Shown: piece after piece, positions 44,301 through 56,700 of the stretch
Layout of the letters: every line of letters begins with the position of its first letter
How positions within the stretch are numbered: the first letter of the stretch is position 1
Assembly: GCA_000708835.1 (NCBI GenBank)
Contig: DF237231.1
Location: forward strand, 1-64,000
Direction: 5' to 3'
Source: Klebsormidium nitens
Taxonomy: Eukaryota; Plantae; Klebsormidiophyceae
DNA: 64,000 nucleotides
Notes under the pieces: generated by a model
Told to the model about the DNA's origin: nothing
Seen by the model: the letters and a program-made list of their open reading frames with translations, nothing else
The model's database searches: none
Translations under genes and position numbers: made by a program

Positions 44301-47300
44301 CGCTTTTACGAAACGCGGATCACACCGGAACCACTTAGCAAACCTATATCCTGTGCCCTTGAGAAATTCAGCTTCCTAGAAGCAATTTGCAAAACGTGAT
44401 TTTGTTTTGCCACCAGCAGATACCAATGCAATATGTACGAGTTTTTGAAGAGACGCGTTAGGGAGCAGTGGGACTGCGGCATCCGCTGTCCCAAGAATGA
44501 CTGGCCAAAGCCAAGCCACGTGGCCGATTCGTCATAGCCAATTTCACATCACTTCAACGCCCCACAACCAGACGCACATAGGAGAAGCGCGCGTTCTTTG
44601 ACTTGAGGGACAGATTGTGCATGCACAAGCGAATTGGCCAGAAACTTTACGACTCGGATAATTTCAAATTCAGCCAGCAGGGATAAAACATCTGAGCGAG
44701 ACCGGGGCGACTTTATTCGACAGGCCAGGTGCAAATACTCGCTTAAATCAGTAGATTTTCTCGCCAACGAGCTACATCCCAGAAATGATCGTACCTTCTT
44801 GCCTTCCGCAGAGGCCTTTTGGCTAAGCTATTAAGAGGTTCAAGATGAACGCCAAAGGGTCGAAGGCAGGTGAAATCAAGACCTGCAAGGTGCAGCGGTG
44901 AAGCTTATTCTCGTACATCAGCCAGCATGATTGTTAAAGGTAAGGTCGAGCGTTCTCAATGAACGAGCGAAGCTTTTGTTGCCGGGTCGCTCCCCTCACA
45001 GCATCAATGACCGGAAGAGCCCAACGAAAGACACCGCTCGTGGGACCGACAACCTCAGACCCGCACGAAAAGTTTGTGGCATACTATTCCGATGCTAACG
45101 GCAGCGAGAAGTACCTGGTTGAATGGCTTAAGTGATACTTACGGACGTTGAGCCGCATCTTGCTCGAGTAACGTGTCTCGTCATGGCCTCCAGCAGCAAA
45201 CTTCGGGTTCGAGAAAAGCCGAAAAATACAAAAAATCTCTCTTCAGTCCACAGTCCCACCATCCTTTTTCCTGAATTAATGCCAGCCTTCAGGAATCAGC
45301 ACCCATGCGCACATACACAGGACACAATGCTCTGTAAACAGTGTTCGCCGAAACTCCAAGGCTGCTTGAAAGTCCAAAGAAAAGTTCGCTTGCGACCGTA
45401 CGACACAGCGGCATTCGGCCAACACCGTTGCAAAAACAAAAGGATACCAAAAATCTCGTAGGAGGAAGAAGGTTTGTGATATGGCACGAGCCGGATGTGG
45501 AGTCGCATTGGGACCAACGAGAGACAATCGTGGGCACAGCAGGGCCCAAAATACTTGCACATCATCGCCGCCCTGCCAGCGTCTTTCGTTCCAGACCCCT
45601 TTGAATTGACCAAGGCAAGCCTTAACTGTTTTGCCCTCACTGGGTTGTGGTACGCCACATGAACAGAAATGAGCGAGGTGCAAAGGTTTGTGGCATTGGT
45701 CACAACCCAATTGGGTTTTTTCAGCCCATGTTGCTCAGTCCAGGACAGAATCTATCCTAGCACTACTACCAAAGCTTCAGTATTGGAAGCACTCGGTCTC
45801 TGACTAGTTAGGGCAGAGCAGCGGCAAGAAGAGCTCAGTTTGAAGACATTGTTCACGCGTCAAGGACGTCCAGACCTGCAGACCAACACTACTACAAAGA
45901 GGAAAAGGGGAGTTGCGGGATCTCTCATGCCGGCAGTTGAGTAAACAAGGGAGTTCGACGGTATCAAGACCGCAATCTGCCACAACATGTCGTGAGCAAC
46001 ATGCTTGGAGTCCCGCAGCTCCAGTCCCGAGAGCGGGCTTTTCAAACGAGCCCGCTCTTGATTGTAGTTTGGTTGACTTGTTAAGTCGACGGCCCTACAG
46101 TTCAACCTGCCCAAGCCAATATTTATTCAGATTGGGCCCGGACCACATCTCGAGCACTACCTGCTAGCAATTTTCTGTGCAGCAATCATCACAAAGAAGT
46201 AAGCCACATGTCCGGGTCATATCTTTCTGATGCGTGTCCACAAAAGCAGGACATGAAGCAGGATGCTGACTTCTAGGAGAGTCCCTACCACAATGGACCG
46301 GCTCTGTGACCTGAGGAAGGCGTGAGCAGACCACTGCTCAAGGCATCATAACTTCACCGCCGCTGTCGAGCACCGCCCTTCTAAGACTTTAGAAGTACGA
46401 CGATTCGAGGACATTAAGAGACCAAGTTTACTTTTGGGCGGCAGGAATGCAGCACTGCAATTGACGTACATTTTGAGGAAACTGGGCGTGCCGGGGGCTC
46501 TTGAGGACCCAGGTGCTTTGTAGTGTCAGCAGACGCAAGCAAAGCATATTCCCTTATCTGTTGACACTGAATTGACAATCGGTCACCAGACTGTCGAACC
46601 TGGTGCAAACGCCCTGGTGCAAACGTGCACGCTCTTCAATGACACCAATTCAAGTTGCAATATCGGTGTGAGCTCGACACCCGGCCGGCTTCCAGACGTG
46701 CATATATGCACCGAATGTTGCTTCTAGTGTCACTTTTCATCAATACGCTGCTCTGCTGGGATATTGACACAGAAAATAAAATCGGTGCGACCACTCACAG
46801 TCCTGCCTGCGAGTACAGCGTAATCACTACCAAAAACCGGGAGGAAGTGCCAACCAATCCAGACTGCGGCTCGCCGCGGAGCCTTGACACCACATCACAG
46901 TCTGCCTCGGTCCTTATTATTAACACCAACTCAGCTGCAGTGTTAACGTGGAGTCTGAAACCGAAGTTGGCGTTAAGCTTACGTCACTCAACCAATCAGA
47001 TCGCCGGTATGGGTCCTGAAGACTCTGTAAGAGCCCCCTAAACAACACCAAGGACGCACGTGAAATCGGAGGCTTTTGGTAACACTTGATTTGAAGAAAG
47101 CAGCGCCCAAGCTACATTTACATTTGTCATCTCGCGTCACAAGGGTCCACAGTCAATGACATTGAGAGGATGCCAGAGTCCGTTTCCGGATTGAATTTCT
47201 CTGCTGCACATTGGTTTTGAAATCGTTGAAAAAGCTTGACGCAGGTTTATGGCCCCCACAGGACAGGCGGTCCACATAAGTCAACAAGACGACAAACGAG

Positions 47301-49131
47301 CTGACAAAAAGGATGACGAAATCGCTGTAAGAAAGAAGGCCCGCCAGACTTTGACTAAGGAAAATTCTGTGAGCAAGCGAAGCTCAAATTTCCAGCTCAT
47401 CATAGCCGCTCGAGAATAATCGTCGTAACATGTTCAACCCTCAAGCGAAAAGATGCATCTCAACGCAAGCTGGCACCGAAATACAAGCCAAATGAGGGTG
47501 ATCACTGAAAAACTTTCTGGATGGACGAGGTTCTCTGAACTGGGAAGCGCCTGATAGCCTGAGCTGACTTGACAAACCACTTGTCGATCATGATGAAGAA
47601 ACAGAATCGATCCTTGTTGGACTCAATACCAATAGCTAATGAAACTCGTCTTGAAGCGTAAATCTGACAAGGCCAGTCAGCACCAGCTAGGCTCTTCCAT
47701 GCATCCCCATTGCTTTTCAACAAAAAAGCGGACTTCCAAAATTTCACATTCCTCACCGACAAGCAGGTGAAAGCATCGTCGTCTGACGAAGTGTGCGTGC
47801 CGTGTTTAGCTGTTGACCGGCGCCAATCGATGCACCCCCTATTGACACCACAACTGCATTGCCCACACATATCCGTTGAACTCTTGTTCCTTTACAGAAT
47901 TAACCCTCTTCAACTCTCACAAAACACCATGGGTTACATTGATGCCCTCTGCCGTCATCAAAAGTCGTCTGCCGTCGTCAGAAGAAGCCAGCATCCTACT
48001 AGGATTGGAATCAAAGGCAGCTCGTGCAACAAAAGCGCCTCACCCGATACTCTGGCAGGTACTTGAGCTCGCGGCAGCTGATTCCCTGCTCCCGTTCCCC
48101 AACCCCTGGGTGCGCCGTCAGCAGAACCGCCACCACTCCTGCGGCCGCCTCCCACTGGTGCACCAGGAGCAGCTCCCGCAGCAGGCGGTGCAAGTTTCTG
48201 GGGTAAAGTGTTAACTCGCCCGGTTAGAATGTTGGTTACAGGAGAGATTAGAGACCTTCCTGTACATAGAGTGGCACCTAAGGGTGAACAAGAGTGGCTT
48301 GGGGAATGACGGGATGCGCTTTCAGACCAGTAGAGAGTCTTGCACCGACAGTGCTCTTGCATGTGCCAAGGAACACTGAGGGCCTGCAATGCAATATTGG
48401 AGTGCACGAGTATAGAACCATGCGCAGTTAACCTAGTTATCAACCGCCTAGCGGTCAGGCAACTAAGTGGCCGAGGCTTTGCACAGAATGTCTGAAAAAG
48501 ATACCAACATTTTAAGAGTTTAAGACCATTTATGCACGAAGACATGCCTGCGCCTTAAACCACACATAGATGGGGGACTGTCCAAACTCAAAAGTTTCCT
48601 CCCAATTGCTAATCTGCCCTCTTGACAGATACCATGCCTTAGCGCAAACAATATTCTCTTAAATGCAGTTTGAGAAAGATATTAATGAAATGATATTTGC
48701 TTCTGAACTGGCAAGTTTGCAGTCGGACTGGCCAGGAATCACACAACTTATACTTTCTACCACCACCTTCTCATCGCACCTTTCATTTTCAAAGCACTAC
48801 TTCTTCCAGAGAATCTGTCCAACTTCCGGCAGCACAAACTTCTTTGGAACGTCTATCGAGTGTTTGTAACTTTCCATGCGCTTCCCCCACATTGCATTCT
48901 GCGAATCCACTCCAAGGACATTTTGGAAATCAAGTCTCACCTCCGATGGAAGATGTGCAGCATCTGATAGTTGGCCCCCGTGTCATATAGGTTCAGCTCC
49001 AGCCCGCCACGTTTCTCCACCAAGTTGTGTATGTCAAGCTTCCTTGCCTGTTCGCGCATTTTGTCCCGCTCAGCTCTCGAGGGGCCCGGCTGTGGGGCCC
49101 CACCCGGTGGAGCAGCCTGCTTGGGCGCCAT
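35354..49131 (-). CDS. TAF1A: TAF1A-like RNA polymerase I SL1 subunit, 7 exons, about 978 aa, long acidic/Ser-rich C-terminal tail
   Basis: Exons: 49131-48941, 48197-48044, 39538-39318, 38879-38639, 38150-38017, 37743-37610, 37215-35354; all are phase-compatible with canonical GT-AG sites. Plant TAF1A-like segments: LHRLLRELLLVHQWEAAAGVVAVLL, LQMELATFLMHRGEVERAY, PIYHVYVGLLQHALW, LERCYLELLQVDPGAEAGLTGLRTLYEKG, AWGDLLGC. Confidence 0.72.
39539..48043 (-). other. Unusually long (8505 bp) intron of the TAF1A-like gene, probably filled with decayed element sequence
   Basis: Donor cgg|gtgagg at 48043 and acceptor cgcag|gcg at 39539. The join KYLPEYR|ALLELV is in frame. The other predicted introns in the window are mostly 0.3-1 kb. 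Confidence 0.65.
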
Positions 49132-50778
49132 GCACACCACCAATTCACAGAATAAGAGGCTTATCTCCAGAAGGCGCCACCATTGGTACCAACAATTGAG
49201 CTAGAGAATCTTGAACGTTATTACTTGGAGCCAAGAGCGGTGCTCATGTTGACTTCTCTTACAAGCCCGTGCACTATCAAAGGCATGGGGCGATTGGTGG
49301 GGCCGTTTTACATGCATCCAGGGGCATTACATTCACCCGGGACCCGCACATGTGTCAGTGTTAGTGATCTGCAGCGCAACCTTGGTGGCAGAGACGCTGG
49401 CCTCTCGCTCCAAGACACCCGATCACCGACCATGTTCCAGGGCACAGGTGAACAGCCCCTGATGATGCATATCTTGGTTACCAGCAGCGGACGGGTTTGG
49501 TTAAAACCGCAGACCTTGACCCGTGTCCCAGGGCATAGTCGAGAATCCGTAACCAGAGACCTGATTTCACTTTGCGAAGAACCGATTCTGTTTAGAATCG
49601 TCAGCCAACGGCATGGACAAAATGCAGCTTAAATTTGCGCATTAGAATCAAAGCAACTCTTCTACATAGAACGCCCATGAAGCGGTCGGTAAACGTTGCC
49701 CGGGAGACAGCTCTGCATCGTTGCCTGATCCGCCGTCGAGTGTTGCTTCCCGAATCGACGGTCAAAGAAGTGGTGGTGAGTGACGAAGACGAACGAAGAC
49801 TCACGTGCAGAAACCAAGCCTGCCAACTTTGAAAGCTGTGACCCCTCTGGCGCCAGCGAAGTGAGGCCGTACGATTTTTGACTTTGCCCCTCATCGACGC
49901 TCTCGATCGAGGTGGATTCAAATCAGAGAGCAACCATGAACCGCTCGATGAATTCTGTTGATGATCGACTGTCAAATTAAGGGTGGCGGAAATCGGAACG
50001 CCCAGGATGCCATAAGCCGATGACCTTTTTGAGAGGCGTGGGACATTGGCCTGGCGGCCAATTGGCAATGCCCTCCGCGACTAGCTAAAGTACCGGTGTA
50101 TAAGGTGGCTGAATATTAAGCGGCAATATCGAATAAAAGGGGATATATTCTATCCTTGTTACCTTGACGCCTAACGTTTTCCAGAATGATGGCGTCTCAA
50201 GCTGGACCGCTCGATTGCTCCACAAGGAGCGCACCGCACATGGGGACTGCTCGCGTACATTCATATACATTATATGAATCAGTCTAACTTCAATGCTAGC
50301 GCGCATATTGCGGGCGGTATGACGGTATCGCCCGTCAGTGAGATCTGACGGCCGGCGAAGTCGACCTCACAAAATACTCTCAACAAATTTCGTAGACTGT
50401 TAGTTCTAAGTTCTGACTTCGTCGACGAATCTCGGAGCTTTAAAAGGGGAGTAGACCGCAGATACAATCTCCTTAAATACGAGCATTGTGGGAAGTTGGC
50501 CACCAGGTTGGTCCCAACTGTCCATGGCCCTTCGGCCTTGGCTGCGGCATTTGGATCTCAAGCTGGAGGACTAGAGTAGAGAGCCATGCAGGTGGTGGTG
50601 GCGCCTTAGCCACCAGGCTTTGGAGCCGCTGGTGGGCATAACGCGATAGCCACATGCGAGCCGTGCTGTGGTTGAAGATCTCCTACATAGGAATGAGTAA
50701 CTCCAGGCCCAATGCCATCAGCATTGACAAGTGGCTGATCATAAGCCTTTACTGTTAGTGAAAGAAGACCAGAACCAA

Positions 50779-53700
50779 ATGGAGGGTTATGAGGTCCTGG
50801 TCCTCGCTGCCGAGGGGGACGGCGTTGGCCCATCTCTCCTCCTGTCTCCGATTCCCCCTCTGAAGGGCCCACAGTACCTGTTCAACTGTCCGGAGGGCTT
50901 TGCGCGGCTGGCTATCGAGTACAAAGTGCGCCCCTCGGGCCAGCTTGCGGCGGTCTTCCTGACGTCGCTCCTGCCGCAGGCTGCGGTACGTCTGTTGTCT
51001 GGACAGGACGACCATTTTCCTCTGACAATCTTGAGCTGCACCTTTCTTTTGGGGACGGTTTGCTGTTGCTCGCGCCCCTCTGCTTGCTTGATCTGACCGC
51101 GCATGGTGTCCCGTTGGGCACATCAAGATCATCCAATGGGCTTGCTAGACACAATTTCTTCAAACCAACTTGCTTGCTAAAGTAGTCAATCTGGAGTTTG
51201 ATGAAGAGACAACCTTCAGGTTTTTGGAGCATGCTCCTTTCAGACACTTTCTGGTTAGCAAGCCCTTCCTCGCACCACACCACCCAGCTATCGAGGCCGG
51301 TTTGCAGGTCAATGCCATTCCGGTCTATATCTTGCATGCCCCTTTTTTGAGTTCACCCAAAAGCACTTTTCAGTGTGCTGCTGCTGCATTAGCGGCTCCC
51401 AGCTTGTCTTCTGTACACCAGAACTGTGTTGCCTTTCTGGTAATCTTGCACCCCAAGGAAGCTCAACTCCAGCAGGGCGCCCGTGTCAAGATATATATCA
51501 AACTCCCGCTGAAAGAGGGCGTCTAACCATGTGGTACCCCGGCGGCCACTTCTTGTACGAATTTGTCGCCAAGAATTTCTGTCACATGGTACCAAATTTA
51601 GCAACCTGAACTGCGGTCTATCTGGTCGCCCCAGCGTTATGGGTCACACGACGCTCCCTTCAAGCTTTCCTCATCGTACTGCAGGCTGGCCTCCCAGGCC
51701 TCTTCCTCCGCCTCGCCGTCGACGGCCACGAAAAGCTCGAGACATGCGGCCCCCCGGGGACTGCCGCGTACGTCCACGCGCAGCGCCACATCGTTCACTG
51801 GGTCCATCCAAGGGTGACCGTCAACCAGGCCTCTTCTGGGGGGGTGCCGAAACCCATCTTCCAAGACGGGCGCCTTTCAGTTCTGCCCATCTTTGAGGGG
51901 ACGGGGGAAGTGAGCTGTCCGTGCTGTTTGGAAGGAGAGGCGTCGGGCGGGGTCGGAGAGGGGGCCGAGGCGGCACAGAAGGTAGCGGGGGAAAAGAAAG
52001 AACCTGCAAGGATGGATCTGAGCAGCTCAAGTAGTGAGAGTGACAGTGAGGAGGAGGACGGGAGGAGCGGTGAGAAAGAAGGGAACTTTGACGGCGGCGG
52101 CGTCTCACAAGTCCAGCCTCAGGGGGTATGCGAAGACCAGGCTTTGGTGGGGACACCGTTGGAAGCAGTTGGGGAGGAAACGGATGATGGCGAGTGCGCA
52201 GCTCTATTATGGACAAGGCCCTCGAGCAGCCTCGGGGGGATCCCTCTGGGGGCAGTCCTGGGCGAGCCTGTGGAGGCATCTGAGGGGGGTGCGAACGGGC
52301 AAAGGGACGTGGATCAAACATTGGGTGCCGAAGGTGGGCCGGACGCGGAAGGTGGGGAGCAAAAAGATGAGGTTTTGGAGAACAAGGGGAAGGTGTTGGA
52401 GTTGGCCGAAGGCAGCAAGCGGTGTGAGTCAGAAGCGAAACCCGAGGCTCCCGCCGGGAAGAGTCCCCTGACCGTTGACTTGAGCACGTCGTTCAGCGTA
52501 GCGAGCGAGAACGGAAGTGAGGGTGAGAGCGAAAGTGAGGCAGAAGCGAAGAGCCTGCTGAGTGCCAGAAAGAAGATCATGCTCGGACTTCCACCTAAAC
52601 CGACGAGGGGAACGGGTCGGAAACCGGAGAAGAGTGCTCTGTTTGCGGAGCTGGACTCGATTTTCATGGGGGGCGCGAAAAATGGAAAGACGGTGCGCCA
52701 GCAAGCCCTGTCGACTTTGACAGCTGGGCCCCCTGAGAAAGTTGAGACCGTGCTTGGGGGTGCCGATGGAAGAAGGAAGCAGGAACTTGGAGAGGGGGCA
52801 AAACGGATACGGAGAAAGAGGCGCAAAGGAGAAGACGGCAGGAAGGGCGAGAGGATGGAAGGAAAGTTGGAAAGGGGGTCTGAAGAGAATGAGAAAGAGG
52901 GAAAGCCAGTTGGGGTGCCGCCATTCAAGCGGCGGAAGAAGGTAGTTGAGATCACAAGTAGCGGGGGGGAGGCGTTCTCAGTGGAGGAGTCGTTTGAGGT
53001 GGAGGTGACGCCGTTAAAGACTAATGCGGGGCTGACATCACATGCAGGGTGCGCTGGCGATGTCTGCGTGCAAAGTAAAGGAGGAGAAGGGGCTCGAGAA
53101 AGTGAGTGCGCTGAGCACAGAGCGGTTGTTCGGCGGGGCACGAATCGAGAATCAGGTGAACGAACAACTAAAACGGAACGTGACGTTTTTGGATCGCGCG
53201 ATGGCATGGGATCGAAGAATGAAAAGTCGCCTGGGAGAAAGGGGGACGAAGGAGGCGAAGCAAGTGAGGAGTCTTCGGAAAGCGAGGAAGATGGAGAGTG
53301 TCTGAAACAGCTGCTCTCTCCACCTGGTTCGAAGAGGCGCGGCGCAGGGAAGGGGCGCGGTATTGGGGAGGCGAAGGAGGCCCTGTTCGCCCATCTGGAC
53401 GACATTTTCAATTCGGAGGGCAGTGCTTCGAAGGCCCGGAACAGGGCCCTGGAGACGTTGGGGCGGCCGGCATTTGTGGGCGCTCTGGGCAAGGGAAACG
53501 GCGGAGCGGGATCTTTCGGTGCCCAAAGACAGAAAGTGACGGAGAAGCGAGGAAGCAAGGGCGGTGAAACTGGACTGGGGGGGTCGAAGAAGAGTGGGCG
53601 TGACGGCGAAGAGACGAATGGGGCGGGCTTGGCTGCGGGAGTCGGCTTGGAGAGTGTTCAAGGCGAGGGTGCGGGTGGTTCATTGGAAAAGCAGAGCGCT

Positions 53701-56700
53701 CCTGAAAATGGAATCGGAAAGATGCAGGCGACGGCGATACCAGAACCGGAGGTAGAGACTCCGTCGTCAGGTCACGGTGCGGCGAGCCCGTCTGGTGGGC
53801 TCAGGCTCAGAGGAGGGGGCCCGAGAAACTTTCAGCGCGGGGGGCCGCAGCAAGGATGGGGGTCAATCAATGGCGGAAGAGAAGGGGGACTTCAAGGCGG
53901 GGGTGTTCCAGGCGGGGGTTTTGCTGGTGGGGGCTTCACAGGAGCACCGCCTTTTATGGGTGGCCGTAATGGGGGTGGTTTTGGACAGCACCCGGGACTG
54001 TTTGGAGGGGGAGGGAGTGCGAGGGGGGGGTCCGAGGTCCCCCTCTGGAAGAAGCGCTTCCGGCAGCAGCCGGAAAGCAACAGCGAGGACAGCGACACGT
54101 GGCAGGAGGAGGCGCGCGAGTCCGGGATGCACTGGCTGCTGCAGTCGGCGAGCGTGCGGCGCACGCGGAAGCTGCGCAAGGGGCTGCCAGCTGGCGGCCC
54201 AGGAGTGATACCTGGCGGGGGTGTCGCGGCAGCTGGCGGCGCGCCCCCCCGGCCGAAGCCGCGGGTCCAGATCGACTCGCACACCCCGTCGACGAACCCC
54301 GTTTACGTGCGCACAAAGGCGGGCGTTCTGCCAATGGAGGAGGGTTTGGGGGTCCTGAAGCAGACGGTGCCAGCTGGCGGGGGATCCCTCTTGGGCTACC
54401 TCTGTTTCTTTGGCCCGCCTGTGAACGGGTCGGTTCTGATGGTCGACTGTCGGGACGAGAACGCGTGCGCTCAGCTGAAGACGATCCGGCTCCCCGCGTG
54501 CGTGCGCGCCCAGAGGGGTGCGCATCGGCTGATGGCGGTGTTCCACTTCACGCCTGCTGACGTGGCAGCTCGTGAGCCCTATAAGGAATGGGTGCGCAGC
54601 TTTGGGGGCCACGTGAGGCACGTGATGCTTTCGGACGGCGGTTTGGACCTGGGGTACCGGGCGACGTACGGGACACTGGCGCGGCTCAACCTGGTCGACA
54701 AGGGGATCTTTCCGCTGACGGGAAACGCCACCGGAAAGAGTTCGGCGAGCCTGGAACGTCCGTCCAATGAAGGTGACGTCCCAGAGGGTCCGCAGTCCGA
54801 CATCAGAAACGAGCATCAGGGGGTGCCAGAAACATACGATGAGGGAAAGAGTGCAAAGAAAAGCGGGGCCGGGAACGATGCGAAGGGCCGGGGCTTTGAA
54901 CCGGGCGGTGTGGGGCTGCTGGCGAGAGTGAATCTGCGGGGTCTGCGGCCCGGTTCGGACGCTCCGGCTGAAGTGGATGAGTCTCGGTGCTTGCCGGGGG
55001 TAAATGTGGAGGGGATTCAGGCGCAGGTGCTGAGGGACCAGCCGGCGCTGGCGTTTTGGAAGGAGGGCGGACGCATTGAAGATTTCGAGGCAGAAAAGGG
55101 GGGTGGCGCTGAGAAAGTTGGTGAGGCTGAGGGGCGAGGAGGAAACGGGGGGACTGGGGCTAAGGCTGGAGGGGCGGGTGGGGCAGAAAGGGAGACTGGG
55201 AAAGGGGGAGCGGAAGCGGTCAGGATAGGAAGCGGGAATGTGGAGGGAGAAAGGGATGGGAAAGATGATGGAAAAGCAGATGAGCAAGGTGACGGGAAGG
55301 ATGCCAAAATTGCCAGGACTCAAGAGGTGCGCGGAGCGCCAGAGGGTGCGGCAAACGAAAAGACAAATGTCGACGCGCGTAACTCTAAAGACGGGGTCAC
55401 AGGAGACGAAAAGGCCGCCAAGCATGGGGAGGGGGTCGCCAACCAGGGGGGACACGTGGCAGCCTTTCGGCCGTCGGGCATCGGGCGCAACGCGACGCAG
55501 GCGGAGCTGATGTACGAGCGCCAGCTGGCAGAGCAGGCGGCGGTGCTCGCGCAGCAGTGGCACTACCTCACGCCCACCATCAACAAGGCGCACTGCGGGT
55601 TAGCCAAACCGCAGCCTAACCCTACTCCGGAGACCGTTACTGGTCCGGGTTCGGAACCTAGCCCCGAAGCTAACGGAAAGACGGTTCCGAAAACGGATCC
55701 AAATGCCGAAAACCAGACTGCCCAGAAGCAGGACGGAGGCGCTTCCGAAGGCCTCCGTTTCAGGGGGGCAGTTCCGCAGGTTCTTTTCCTGGGGACGGGG
55801 TCCGCGGAGCCCAGCAAGTACCGGGGGGGGAGCGCGATCCTGCTAACCCTGACCCCCGGAAACGCGCTGCTTATGGACTGCGGGGAGGGCGCGGCCGGGC
55901 AGCTGTTCCGGACGGGGGGGCTCGTTCCGTCCGAAGGTCCGGAAACGGAACGCCCGCTTGCGCGAGCGCAGCAAGTGGCGCGCTCGGTTCGTGTACTCTG
56001 GGTGTCGCATAAGCACGCAGACCACTGCTTGGGGGTGGTCGGGGTGCTGAACATGAGGGGCGGGGGGGATCCCCGGCTGCTGATCGTGGGGCCGGTGGCT
56101 GTGCAGAAGTGGCTGGAGGAGGTAAGCTTGTGACGGGTGGTGGCTGTGCAGGTGGAATGCTTGGTATACTCTTTTTGAATCGTATTTCGTGCGTCGTTCT
56201 TTATTGCATTTGCCGGTGTGCGTTGTAAGCGTTTTTATTGGAGGCGCTTTGCAGACAGACTTTTCCTTTCCGGAAGTCAGAAGTTAGACCTTCGAAAGGG
56301 ATTACTGAAGAGAGCCCCTTGAAATCTGAATTTTTGAAACGTTGCGATTACCTAACCCAACGGTCTAGCATGCCACACCACTGGACAGTCTCTTGGTCGT
56401 TCTTCGAAACCTGCCGTTGGGTGTGAGAAAAGATGTTGTTTGCTTACCGCCTTCATTCTCTCCGCGCAGGTTGGAGCGGCTATGCAGGAAAACGGCCACA
56501 CCCTCCCTCCTTACATCTTCCGACACTGCCGCGAGCTCGGCTCAATCATTGATAACGTTAACCAGCCCCGTGTCCCCAGCAACCCCCCAATCCAGCCTCT
56601 TAACCCTGGGTTAAGCCCCGCACCACCCTTTTCCGCCCCACAGCATCGGCAGCGGCCGAGCTTTGGCCAGCCCCCTAGAGCTTCCCGGTTTGTGCCGCAG

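Noticed and set aside
52314-55593. Long minus-strand ORFs (414 and 576 aa) inside the tRNase Z gene
   Set aside because: Antisense shadows of a GC-rich coding exon.
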